Shown piece after piece: positions 48,417 through 57,764 of a stretch of 64,000 nucleotides of DNA. The DNA lies in sequence record LR756502.1; one strand, given 5' to 3'. Below the pieces are notes generated by a model. That model did no database searches and had not been told where the DNA came from. It saw only the letters and a list, made by a program, of their open reading frames with translations. The translations under genes were made by a program, and so were the position numbers. How positions within the stretch are numbered: position 1 is the first letter of the stretch; each line of letters starts with the position of its first letter.

Positions 48417-49202
48417 ATGAAATATGATGATATAGTTGATGGTATCAATTTTAATAGAATTAAACTATTTGAGAGTCATGAATTAGCGATCAGTAATAGT
48501 AATCTAAAAAACCCAACATCTTTTGGATTAAGTGTTCCTTTGGTGGATCCACAGTCACTTGTAAATGATATTGGTATTAATGCAGAAGATAATATATTTG
48601 GTATAATAAGACGAGAAGTTTCACAATCAGTAAATAGTATAATTTTCTCTAAACTATTTGCAACTAGAAAGTTTGAGTACTTGGATTTATCTAAATCTGG
48701 TGGGATATCTGGATCTACATATAAGGATCAAAGAAGTTTATATAATCTTATAGTTAGTTCCAATGAAGGATATAGTAATATTATATCTAATGGATATGTT
48801 GCTACATCTCTACAGGATTTACCGGAGTATATACTTACGGGTAGAAATATTCAACGGGATAATTATAATTTCAATGATTATGGTCGTTTGTCTATTCCCA
48901 AAGATATGAGTTTTAATGGACCTGATAGTATAAATATATGGGTTGATCCATATATGACGTATAATGATACTAGATTAGTTATGTTTAGTAATGTTGAATT
49001 TAATTTTACAAATTTGTGTTCCGCTGTTGTTAATAATGCAACATTTACCCCATCAATTAAAATTCAATATGATTTGTCGGTTGATGTTGGTGATTCAAAG
49101 GTAATATTTGTCATTGATAATGAGTCATCTGATGTTTTCCGAAAGTATAAATCACTTCAGCGTGATATAAAAATAGATAATGTTCTTGATGAAGAAGACT
49201 AG
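48417..49202 (+). CDS. Truncated major-capsid paralog
   Basis: IIRREVSQSVNSIIFSKLF, ISNGYVATSLQD and IWVDPYMTYNDTRLV match gp23 ILVNELSQTISKQIVAKIF, ITNGGLAAALQD and IYVDPYMKYNDNRIV. Confidence 0.8.
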   Translation: MKYDDIVDGINFNRIKLFESHELAISNSNLKNPTSFGLSVPLVDPQSLVNDIGINAEDNIFGIIRREVSQSVNSIIFSKLFATRKFEYLDLSKSGGISGSTYKDQRSLYNLIVSSNEGYSNIISNGYVATSLQDLPEYILTGRNIQRDNYNFNDYGRLSIPKDMSFNGPDSINIWVDPYMTYNDTRLVMFSNVEFNFTNLCSAVVNNATFTPSIKIQYDLSVDVGDSKVIFVIDNESSDVFRKYKSLQRDIKIDNVLDEED

Positions 49203-49458
49203 AACATCATCTATTTATGTGAATCCTGGTCCATCTAAACATGAATTAGCAATGGATGTTGATGGTATTACTAGAACCGATAGATTGGTTATTATAGACA
49301 CTGTTGATGGTAAAGAATGGGAGTTATTAATAAAAGATGGTAAAATATCAATAGAGCCATTTGAGCTATCCGAAAAAAGAGATTTTAAAATTAAAAAGGT
49401 GTTAAAGTCATCGGTCAGCATCGGTGAATGGTTGTTATCTAAAATTAAAAATAGATAA
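49180..49458 (+). CDS. Hypothetical protein with RDFKIKKVL motif
   Basis: 92-aa ORF. Confidence 0.5.
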   Translation: MFLMKKTRTSSIYVNPGPSKHELAMDVDGITRTDRLVIIDTVDGKEWELLIKDGKISIEPFELSEKRDFKIKKVLKSSVSIGEWLLSKIKNR

Positions 49459-49460
49459 AT

Positions 49461-49811
49461 TTATCTACTAGCAATATCTAGAATCGCCTTAGCAAGAATA
49501 GATAAATCTCCATTCCCTTTTGACATAGCTTCAACTCTTTCCCATCCATCTTGATTTAGTTCATCCTCAACATTATATATTGGATCGTGATGTTCTAATT
49601 TACTCTCTAAACTATCTATCTTATCTTGAAGCATTGCTGGAGTTAAGTCATCTATTTTTCGAGTAACTTTATTAAATACCATCTTGGAATTCCCTATTAT
49701 CTGTTGCTTCTCAACATCATTCTTGGAAAATCCTCTTCTAATCTTTTTTAGTTCTTCTTTCTCAACATCATTGTTGAAGTCATTGAAGCTTACTATCTTT
49801 TTCTTAGCCAT
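49461..49811 (-). CDS. Hypothetical late protein with capsid-targeting-like N-terminus
   Basis: KIVSFNDF. Confidence 0.5.
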   Translation of the reverse strand: MAKKKIVSFNDFNNDVEKEELKKIRRGFSKNDVEKQQIIGNSKMVFNKVTRKIDDLTPAMLQDKIDSLESKLEHHDPIYNVEDELNQDGWERVEAMSKGNGDLSILAKAILDIASR

Positions 49812-49842
49812 TTAGTATTTTACTTTTTATTATATATTAAAT

Positions 49843-50532
49843 CTAGGATTTAATTTTTTCATCTAATATTCTTGCAATATTACTTCCAATGAAGAAGTGT
49901 ATATTCTTTATTGTGTCTGACTCCACTGTCTCTATTGTATCCATGAACTTAAATTGGAATTTATATATGTCTGTATCATCATCCTCACTATCTATTTTAT
50001 TGATGGATAAGTTCATTTTGTAATTATCATTAATATTTATTTCAAAATCAAATGTGGTTTTGTCACAAGGAGTTGACTTGAACTTTGGTTCATATTTAAC
50101 ATCAAATATTGAATAATCAGTTATTTTAGCTCTTCTCATGTAGTAATTTAGAAACATTGCTGGTGCTTCAATAAAATCTGATAGAATTTGAAGATCTTCA
50201 CCAAAGTTTTTTGACTCAATTATATCTTCTATTTTCTTTTTCATATCAACTATATTACTAAAGTCTATTCTATGATATACGCAATTTATATCATATAAAT
50301 ATATTAATGAGTTTTCTATAATATTTCTTTTATCCAAATCTGTTTTGTAGATAAACTTTGTGTGTATTATTGATGTGTCCTCAATTGATAGTCCATGTAT
50401 ACATATAACCAGCTTATAGAATTCCTTATCATCCGATATTTCATATACCGTCTCGACTGATGTTACTACCCCTTCTTCCTCTTCAAAGATTTCCTTAAAT
50501 GCTTGTTCTATTTCTGATATTTTAATGTTCAT
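49843..50532 (-). CDS. Hypothetical acidic protein
   Basis: 229-aa ORF overlapping the NTase stop. Confidence 0.6.
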   Translation of the reverse strand: MNIKISEIEQAFKEIFEEEEGVVTSVETVYEISDDKEFYKLVICIHGLSIEDTSIIHTKFIYKTDLDKRNIIENSLIYLYDINCVYHRIDFSNIVDMKKKIEDIIESKNFGEDLQILSDFIEAPAMFLNYYMRRAKITDYSIFDVKYEPKFKSTPCDKTTFDFEININDNYKMNLSINKIDSEDDDTDIYKFQFKFMDTIETVESDTIKNIHFFIGSNIARILDEKIKS

Positions 50533-51620
50533 AACCCAAATTCTTCTTTTATATCCTTTACTAACTCTTTAAATGAGTTAAAAGTTTCAGTTCTATTATT
50601 TTTAAAATCTCCGAATACTGTGTTTCCATAGTTTTGTCTTTCAACTCTTATCGGACTTTCTTTATAGAATACTCTTAAATGATCTGAAAATCCTTCAGAA
50701 TATCCATGTGATGAGTAATCAATATCCATATAATCTTTTGATTCATCAAAGTCATATGTTAGACTACAAGACCAACTTTCATCACTTGTTTTAGATATTT
50801 CTTTATCTATATTATCAAGCTCATATAATAGACCCAATATGTCACTATCTGATGATTCAAATTGCTTATCATAGGCATATTTTTTCATATCCATTATCTT
50901 ACTTATATATCCATTTCGTCTTAATAACTTGAACATGATATTTCCTATTGAATATTCACCACTTTCACTCTCTAATCCACTTTTTCTTAGATCTTTTATT
51001 TTCTTCCATACCTTATCAATCTTAACCTTGAAGGATGAGTAGTTATCCTCATCAACCTGTTCTTCAATTTCATCAACCTTATACATTATTGACTTTGCCT
51101 TGGATGATATTAGCTTCTCATCCGGTTCAAAGTCTGCTTTTATTGGCCTTTTTATCCACTTATTATTAAGTATTGAAAATACACCACCCATTCTTCCTGA
51201 TTTTATAGCAACTTTGAGATCATCTTCATCTTGAATAGCAATTTCTACCTCATATCCCTTTATAGTTATATCATGCATTGAATTCCATAACTTCTTGGCG
51301 TAGTCACAAAGTTGTTCAACCAACTCTAGATTTTCATCAACATCTTTGTAATTTATTATTATATGTAAGTCAAAATCGGAATATTTTTCCGACCAATTGT
51401 AATTACACAATGACCCACACAACGCAATATCAATAACATCTACCTCTATATCTGTCGACTCGAAAAAATCTTGTGCAATTTGAAGAAGTTGTTCTCTTGT
51501 TTCTTTATCTAAATCAAATCCATCCCATAACTTAGGATTTAAATCATCCTTTAGGTAAAATGACTTAATTGGTTCTAAATCAACCTCTTTGAATTCATAG
51601 AATTTACTTAACATAATCAT
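50529..51620 (-). CDS. Pol-beta-family nucleotidyltransferase
   Basis: GSLCNYNWS..SDFDLH, VEI (third acidic residue); N-terminus LSKFYEFKE. Confidence 0.82.
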   Translation of the reverse strand: MIMLSKFYEFKEVDLEPIKSFYLKDDLNPKLWDGFDLDKETREQLLQIAQDFFESTDIEVDVIDIALCGSLCNYNWSEKYSDFDLHIIINYKDVDENLELVEQLCDYAKKLWNSMHDITIKGYEVEIAIQDEDDLKVAIKSGRMGGVFSILNNKWIKRPIKADFEPDEKLISSKAKSIMYKVDEIEEQVDEDNYSSFKVKIDKVWKKIKDLRKSGLESESGEYSIGNIMFKLLRRNGYISKIMDMKKYAYDKQFESSDSDILGLLYELDNIDKEISKTSDESWSCSLTYDFDESKDYMDIDYSSHGYSEGFSDHLRVFYKESPIRVERQNYGNTVFGDFKNNRTETFNSFKELVKDIKEEFGL

Positions 51621-51685
51621 ATATATTAAATTGACTGAATACTATTTATTATAAACTTTGATATTTTATATATATAAACAATCAA

Positions 51686-53026
51686 ATGGATAAAACATAT
51701 AATAGTGAAATGGGTAAATTAGTTACATTAAATGGAGTAGATGATCAAAAGCTACTTGATGAAATTATAGACAATGAAATAGTTGTCATTGAAGATGTTC
51801 AGGGTAGTAAAATTTGGGTTAATTGGGATGGTGAAAAATTTTCAATAAAGCCAAAGTCAATAAGCAATGATCCTATTAATTTAATAGACCTTGCTATGCA
51901 AAACTACTATAACCCAGCTATAAACTACCTTGACTCATTGGATAGTAGGATTAAATCACTTTTGAATAAAAAGTGGTCATTTTGCTTTGAATATTTCCCT
52001 GATAATCAACCAGCTAATATTGAATATCAGAAAATGCCAAAAAATAATCTGGTTCTTACTTCAATATGTAAAAATGGTAAGTATGATTATACACTAGAAG
52101 AACTTGACGAATATGCAAGACTATTTGATGTTGATATTATACCAGTTGTTTTTAAAGGTAAGCTCTCTCAAAGAATGGTTGAGGCCATTAAATATTTTAT
52201 AAACACTGGTGAAGATGACTTGGAGTATGTATTTGGTGAAAAGTCATTTGCATTTTTCTTCTATAAGATATTAAACCCTTCTTCTGATAGTTCTTTTTTG
52301 ATGGATGGTGATAACTTTCAGGATAACTTAGAAAAGCTTATTATAAAAGTGCAGGGTAAAGATATTTCATTTGAAATACTAAACCCTCTTTATAAGAGAG
52401 TTAGTGATACCAACTCAACCGAATTTGTTGAAATATATACACTTATACTTATAAACTTTCTTAACTTCTGTCAATCCATTGATATGGATGATATAAAGCT
52501 AAAGGGTGAATCAAAGGACGAGTCATATATTTATCTAATCTGTAAACTATATAACATATATGTCTCCGAGGTAAAGGATGACTTGATAAATTTTGATTTT
52601 ATCATACCTGAATTTTTTGACAAGGATAAGTTCAAAATTAACAAGGAGTTAATATCAAATAAGCTAACAAAGGAATATATTGATGAGAGTGATAAGCTTG
52701 AGTATATATTTAAAGTTATACTTGGATCATTTAATAGAAAAAGAAAAAAGCCACTTGGTGTTTTTAGTGATAGTACGGTTATTACATTTAATGCATTCGT
52801 TGATAGTATTAATGTGTATATCGAGAAATATCTAAATAGAATTCATGAGGTTGAATTAACAAGAGCTGGTCTTCTAGACTTTGGTGACTTTTTTGAGATT
52901 AAGTATGATCAAGATGCTGAAGGTGATGTTTATCCTGATGTATATGGCGAGTTTGAAAAAGAACCAACTGAGTCTAAGAAAAAGGGCAAAGGTGGTAAGT
53001 ATCCATCAAAAGCTCCATCCAAGTAG
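51686..53026 (+). CDS. RNA-ligase-like fold with degenerate motif I
   Basis: VIEDVQGSKIW in place of EKxDGS; FCFEYF; IIPVVFKG. Confidence 0.45.
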   Translation: MDKTYNSEMGKLVTLNGVDDQKLLDEIIDNEIVVIEDVQGSKIWVNWDGEKFSIKPKSISNDPINLIDLAMQNYYNPAINYLDSLDSRIKSLLNKKWSFCFEYFPDNQPANIEYQKMPKNNLVLTSICKNGKYDYTLEELDEYARLFDVDIIPVVFKGKLSQRMVEAIKYFINTGEDDLEYVFGEKSFAFFFYKILNPSSDSSFLMDGDNFQDNLEKLIIKVQGKDISFEILNPLYKRVSDTNSTEFVEIYTLILINFLNFCQSIDMDDIKLKGESKDESYIYLICKLYNIYVSEVKDDLINFDFIIPEFFDKDKFKINKELISNKLTKEYIDESDKLEYIFKVILGSFNRKRKKPLGVFSDSTVITFNAFVDSINVYIEKYLNRIHEVELTRAGLLDFGDFFEIKYDQDAEGDVYPDVYGEFEKEPTESKKKGKGGKYPSKAPSK

Positions 53027-53187
53027 TGAAAATCATCGATTTGAATTTAACATCTGTTGTTGTTCAATGCAAAACAGTTAAAATTCGCTCTAAATGGACT
53101 AGAGTGATGGCTCATGATATTTATGTGATGGGTAGGAAAAATTCCTTTAGGAAAGATAAAATTCGTAAAATTTTAGATTCTATATAA
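53026..53187 (+). CDS. 53-aa ORF not in ORF track, with RKDKIRKIL motif
   Basis: GTG overlaps the preceding TAG; ends SFRKDKIRKILDSI. Confidence 0.55.
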   Translation: MKIIDLNLTSVVVQCKTVKIRSKWTRVMAHDIYVMGRKNSFRKDKIRKILDSI

Positions 53188-53216
53188 ACAATCTCCACTT
53201 TTTGCTTATAAAAATT

Positions 53217-54437
53217 ATGAATGTAGTAGTAAATTGGGATGATATTTCAAGATCATCCATTCGATCAAAGTTAGAAGACAAGAAGAATAGTTTACAATTT
53301 CTTCCACATTGTCTTGAGGAATCCTCAAAATTAAATACCTTTACTTATAAGGGACAAAAACTAAAGATGTCCTATGTTGTCGATATAGTACATAACCTAA
53401 TACTTAAGTATTATTTCAAGAGAGATAATAAATTTAACCTATCATCCGTTATTTTAAAGGAAAAATATGGATATTTATATAACTACTATATTAACTACCT
53501 TGTTGATCAAAAGATAATACTAATGCTTTTTAATTATAAGGCTGGTACAAGGTCAAGAGTATATGCTCTAAATGAGTCAATATTGAGAGGGAATATTAAG
53601 AGATATAGAAATTCTGATAAGACTATTCTTAAAAAATATAAGAATAAAGTGTCTCAGGTCGAAGAGGGTGGCATAGAGAACTCTCTTATAGATAATGATA
53701 TTAAATCTAAATTGGTCAATGATCTATTTAATATTAAGATAGAATTTGATAGATCTGTATTCTATCTGGATTCACTTAAGAACGAGGATAGTGACATATA
53801 TAATAGAAACAAGTATAGTGTTGAGTGTATAAACGATAAGCATATATTCTATCATTTTGATAACTATGGTCGTATGCATACAAACTTCACAATATTAAAA
53901 TCCTTTATAAGGAAGAACTGTCTTCTTATAGATGATATGAGGACTTCCGAAATAGACATACCTAATAGCCAACCACTATTTCTATCAAAACTAATTGAGA
54001 ATAGTAAGTGGGTTGATGTTGATGAACTAAAGCTATTTAAATATCTAACAATAGAGGGAATATACTATAAGTATGTAATGACCGAATTGGGTATATCTGA
54101 TAAGTCCGAGGTTAAAGAACTAACATATAAAGTTCTATTTGGAAGAAATGGTAAAAATAGTAAGTCTGATATACTTTTCTGTAAACTATTTCCAACAATA
54201 CATAATTTTATAAAGCTATATAAGAAGGAGATGGGAGATTATAAAATATTAGCATATGAATTACAAAAGGCTGAGTCGAATTTGATATTCAATAAGATAA
54301 TAAGGCAAATAATGACACTATATCCGGATATAAAGATAGTAACTGTACATGATAGTATAATTGTTGCTGATAAATGGAAGGATCAAGTGTCTGCTGTTTT
54401 TTATTCTAAATTATATGAGGAGTTCGGTGTAATATGA
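53217..54437 (+). CDS. Family-A-polymerase-like protein lacking exonuclease domains
   Basis: YGRMHT, EIDIPNSQP (motif A), KELTYKVLFG (motif B), LQKAES, VTVHDS (motif C); helical N-domain. Confidence 0.55.
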   Translation: MNVVVNWDDISRSSIRSKLEDKKNSLQFLPHCLEESSKLNTFTYKGQKLKMSYVVDIVHNLILKYYFKRDNKFNLSSVILKEKYGYLYNYYINYLVDQKIILMLFNYKAGTRSRVYALNESILRGNIKRYRNSDKTILKKYKNKVSQVEEGGIENSLIDNDIKSKLVNDLFNIKIEFDRSVFYLDSLKNEDSDIYNRNKYSVECINDKHIFYHFDNYGRMHTNFTILKSFIRKNCLLIDDMRTSEIDIPNSQPLFLSKLIENSKWVDVDELKLFKYLTIEGIYYKYVMTELGISDKSEVKELTYKVLFGRNGKNSKSDILFCKLFPTIHNFIKLYKKEMGDYKILAYELQKAESNLIFNKIIRQIMTLYPDIKIVTVHDSIIVADKWKDQVSAVFYSKLYEEFGVI

Positions 54438-54589
54438 AAACATTTTATCTTAAAAATAAAATTGATGAGAGTACTAAAATTAGTGTGGGTGCCAATACCC
54501 TCGATCAAGCTATAAAGCTTTTTTCCAAAATTAAAAAATTAGGGAAAGATGATCTTCTTAAAAAATTTATTGTAACTGATCGATTATGA
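54434..54589 (+). CDS. 51-aa basic ORF not in ORF track
   Basis: ATGA overlap with upstream stop; MKTFYLKNK...TDRL. Confidence 0.5.
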   Translation: MKTFYLKNKIDESTKISVGANTLDQAIKLFSKIKKLGKDDLLKKFIVTDRL

Positions 54590-54607
54590 TAATTTAATAT
54601 ATACTTA

Positions 54608-55138
54608 ATGATAGGATTGGACCAATCAACATCTTCTTATATTATAATCTCGACAAATAATGGTATTGAAAGTACTCTTTATGGTCGAGACTATTCTATT
54701 ATCCCTATAAAGGAGTTCTATAAGGGATCCTATGTTGACTATATCATATCTTATGGTCGTGTCGATAATGGTAATCTTAGAAAAGATGTTTTATTTTTAT
54801 TAAATGAGTTTAACCAGGATTCGGCTATTATAAAATATACTGGAGAAAATATAATTAGAAAGATATACCGAGATGGATCTGAAGTACAGGTTGATATAGA
54901 TTTATATAGTACCGACTTTGACAAAGAGTCATACATTTACAATGGGTATTCATTCTCTTTTACCGAAACAAAGAAGTATTTCTTCCCTACAAAAAAGGAA
55001 GACATTAAGATAGGGATGATAGTTGAATTTTTTAATAATAATAAATGGGTTGAGAAGAAAGTCTATAACCCAGATTTGGAATATGATAATCTGTATAAAT
55101 TACTTATTAAGTATAATAAGGTAAGAATTCCTATTTAG
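54608..55138 (+). CDS. Hypothetical protein
   Basis: 176-aa ORF with late promoter. Confidence 0.55.
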   Translation: MIGLDQSTSSYIIISTNNGIESTLYGRDYSIIPIKEFYKGSYVDYIISYGRVDNGNLRKDVLFLLNEFNQDSAIIKYTGENIIRKIYRDGSEVQVDIDLYSTDFDKESYIYNGYSFSFTETKKYFFPTKKEDIKIGMIVEFFNNNKWVEKKVYNPDLEYDNLYKLLIKYNKVRIPI

Positions 55139-55887
55139 TTTATTTTAAACCAAACAAAATTTTTATAGAATGTCATATTAGTTTCACATATGTTATATCT
55201 ACCACCATCAACATAATCAATCATCATTAGTCCGCCCCCACTGTTATCGTTTTCTATTCGTCCTATAATTACCTTATCTGGATCAATTCTACTTGAAATG
55301 ATAATTTTAGATCCGTTAAAACTACCAATTATACTTGGGTTATTACTTGCCGTCTCTGGTGAAGTATAAGTATTTAGTAGTGTTTTAAATATTTTTTGTG
55401 TTTCAACTCCAGCAATTATTATATTCGCTGGTCCTTTCCTGGATAACTGTGCGATCATGTTTGATAGACCAGTCAATCTAGCTACAATCTTCCGTAGTGT
55501 ATCGTTATATGTTATTGTAGAAAGATTACAGGTTGATAGATAAGAGTGTTGTCCTTTTGTGTTTGATTCAATGTAGTCAATTACATCATTCCAAGTATCG
55601 ATGTTTGATTTGAAGTTGGTGTTGGCTAGAACATTCATTGATTTTACCTTAACTGAGAATTCTGGATAGATCATCATTTCATCTGATCCAAGGTGAAATC
55701 GATTATCATATTCTTCCACTTTGTCTTCAAGAATAACATCAAGAGCAAGATTTCTATTTTTTTGAATTATAGATCTCTTATACTCATCACTACTACTATC
55801 TTCTGATTCAATGTAGTTTATAACAGATTTTGGTTGATCTACCTTTATATAATTACATATTATTTTAATATCCTCTTTACTTATCAT
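55135..55887 (-). CDS. Second divergent major-capsid paralog fragment
   Basis: LRKIVARLTGLSNMIAQLSRKGPANIII and IGSFNG..KVIIGR match gp23 RKLITKIAHASNYIATEGRVGPAQYLI and VGTIG..RIVVGR. Confidence 0.65.
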   Translation of the reverse strand: MISKEDIKIICNYIKVDQPKSVINYIESEDSSSDEYKRSIIQKNRNLALDVILEDKVEEYDNRFHLGSDEMMIYPEFSVKVKSMNVLANTNFKSNIDTWNDVIDYIESNTKGQHSYLSTCNLSTITYNDTLRKIVARLTGLSNMIAQLSRKGPANIIIAGVETQKIFKTLLNTYTSPETASNNPSIIGSFNGSKIIISSRIDPDKVIIGRIENDNSGGGLMMIDYVDGGRYNICETNMTFYKNFVWFKIN

Positions 55888-56632
55888 ATTTGTTTACCAT
55901 TCCAATTTTTTGTTGAGAAATGTTAATCTGTCTAGCTAATTCTTCTTTAGAAACATTGGCCGCACCGCTTAGTATCTGAAGATTCCTTTGATACCACTTC
56001 ATGTCTGGGTTGTCCTTACTATGATATAAATGATAACACTTATATTTTAACTCTGTCCATGTTAGAAAATGCTTGACCTTCATTGTCTGAAAGTCATCCT
56101 CTCCTCCCCATCCAATGAAGTCTTCGTTCCATCCTCCTATTTTAGTAATGGCTTCCTTTTTGAACATTGCAATTCCACCAGAGATGTTAATTTTTTGATT
56201 ATCATTTTCTCCTCTACCTGGTCTATTTATCTGCATTATTTGTCCAAATTCTAATCCACTTTCTTGTGGTGTTAGGTCAACTACTGAATAATATGGGCTA
56301 ACCATATCAAAATTTTGAACATTCTTCAATCCTTCTATAAACTCATCTGGGTTCATTAGTAAGTCAGAATCACCGAATACTAATATTGGTGAAGTTGAAT
56401 ACCTTAGAGCTACATTAAATGCCCATGACCTATTGTATGGCATATTCGACTTAATGAATATATGTTTCGCTTTTAGATTTAGATTTTTAATTTTAGAGTG
56501 TGTGTCTTGTTCAACTAATAGTACTTCGGCGCCACTAAATCCGTTAATCCACTCAAGGACTCTTTTTAGATTTGATAGTCTGTCTAGTCTATGTCTGTAT
56601 CCGATGACATAAGTAAAGGAATATGGATTCAT
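55877..56632 (-). CDS. Glycosyltransferase (GT2/GT7-like)
   Basis: LVEQD, YNRSWAFN, FGDSD, IGGWNEDFIGWGGEDD, YHLYH. Confidence 0.85.
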   Translation of the reverse strand: MNPYSFTYVIGYRHRLDRLSNLKRVLEWINGFSGAEVLLVEQDTHSKIKNLNLKAKHIFIKSNMPYNRSWAFNVALRYSTSPILVFGDSDLLMNPDEFIEGLKNVQNFDMVSPYYSVVDLTPQESGLEFGQIMQINRPGRGENDNQKINISGGIAMFKKEAITKIGGWNEDFIGWGGEDDFQTMKVKHFLTWTELKYKCYHLYHSKDNPDMKWYQRNLQILSGAANVSKEELARQINISQQKIGMVNKYDK

Positions 56633-56650
56633 TAAAGATATTATTTTTTA

Positions 56651-56678
56651 TTTATACTTTTTTAAACAGATAATGTTT
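56651..56678 (-). promoter_or_regulatory. AAAC-N18-TATAAA promoter (glycosyltransferase operon)
   Basis: Exact spacing. Confidence 0.55.
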
Positions 56679-56765
56679 AATTGTATTTGGGTAATCAGTA
56701 AAATTTATTATATTTGTAGGACGAAGCTATAAAATATATATAAAAGTAAAGTAATTTTTTCAAAA

Positions 56766-57170
56766 ATGAATAAAATTGGAAGAGTGGAGAAAATAAGTTT
56801 TCCAGATCTTAATATACTTTCACTAGACGCAAAGGTTGATACTGGAGCATATGGTACAGCTTTGCATGTTGATGGTATACGAGCAAGAGCTGGTAAATTA
56901 TCATTTTGGATAAATGATCCATCTAACAGATTGTACTTTGATAGATATAGAGTAATTAATGTTAGAAACTCTTTTGGTAAAAAGCAAAAAAGATATTCAA
57001 TTATGACAAGAGTTGTAGTTGGTGATTCAACATATAAGATATTTATATCACTTACAAACAGAAAGGATATGAAGTATCCTGTGTTGATTGGTCGTAGATT
57101 TCTATATAAGTTCAATTATATAGTTGATGTTAGAAAAAAACATTTAAATGATAAATCTAAAAAGGTGTAA
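56766..57170 (+). CDS. RimK-associated retropepsin-like protease
   Basis: IGRVEKI, AKVDTGAYGTALH, MKYPVLIGRRFL. Confidence 0.82.
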   Translation: MNKIGRVEKISFPDLNILSLDAKVDTGAYGTALHVDGIRARAGKLSFWINDPSNRLYFDRYRVINVRNSFGKKQKRYSIMTRVVVGDSTYKIFISLTNRKDMKYPVLIGRRFLYKFNYIVDVRKKHLNDKSKKV

Positions 57171-57696
57171 CTATATTACTGGAGATCCTCAATCAATATC
57201 GTTTGGTGTTGCTCGGATACTCGACTATCTTGAACTAGATGGTAGAAATATAGTATTACTAACTCTAGGTAAGAGAAATATAAGACAAAGTCTAACCCCA
57301 CTTTCATATTTTGTAAATAATAAGATTGAATATAATAATATCGGTGATTTTGGAAATATATTTTCTGATACATCAGTACTATTTAGGGTTGATCTTATTG
57401 TTGTTGATTTTTGGCATTTGAAGACTTCTGAGATTATAGACTATAAGGATATATTAGATAGTTCTAATATTGATTATATTATAGTGGCCAAAGAATACCA
57501 CTATAAGGACTCTGATGATGTTAATGATTATCATATAAAGAAGGAATCATCAGCCACAAGCATTGGGTTTCATCAACCTGATTCCAACTATATTATAACA
57601 AATAAAGTAGATGGTTGGTCAAGTGACCTTGATAGTATTGTAAAATCACATGTAAGAGATAAGAAGATTGATGGTATAATTGGTACTAAAGAATAG
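57148..57696 (+). CDS. Hypothetical protein with C-terminal RDKKIDGII motif
   Basis: Possible degenerate RecA-like fold (LIVVDFW). Confidence 0.5.
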   Translation: MINLKRCNYITGDPQSISFGVARILDYLELDGRNIVLLTLGKRNIRQSLTPLSYFVNNKIEYNNIGDFGNIFSDTSVLFRVDLIVVDFWHLKTSEIIDYKDILDSSNIDYIIVAKEYHYKDSDDVNDYHIKKESSATSIGFHQPDSNYIITNKVDGWSSDLDSIVKSHVRDKKIDGIIGTKE

Positions 57697-57739
57697 TAAA
57701 CTTTTATCTAAATTCTTTCTAAATTACATAATAAATCCG

Positions 57740-57747
57740 TATATTTG
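57740..57747 (+). promoter_or_regulatory. Bacteroidota -7 element
   Basis: TATATTTG 17 nt upstream of ATG. Confidence 0.55.
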
Positions 57748-57764
57748 TATAAATAGACATAAAT

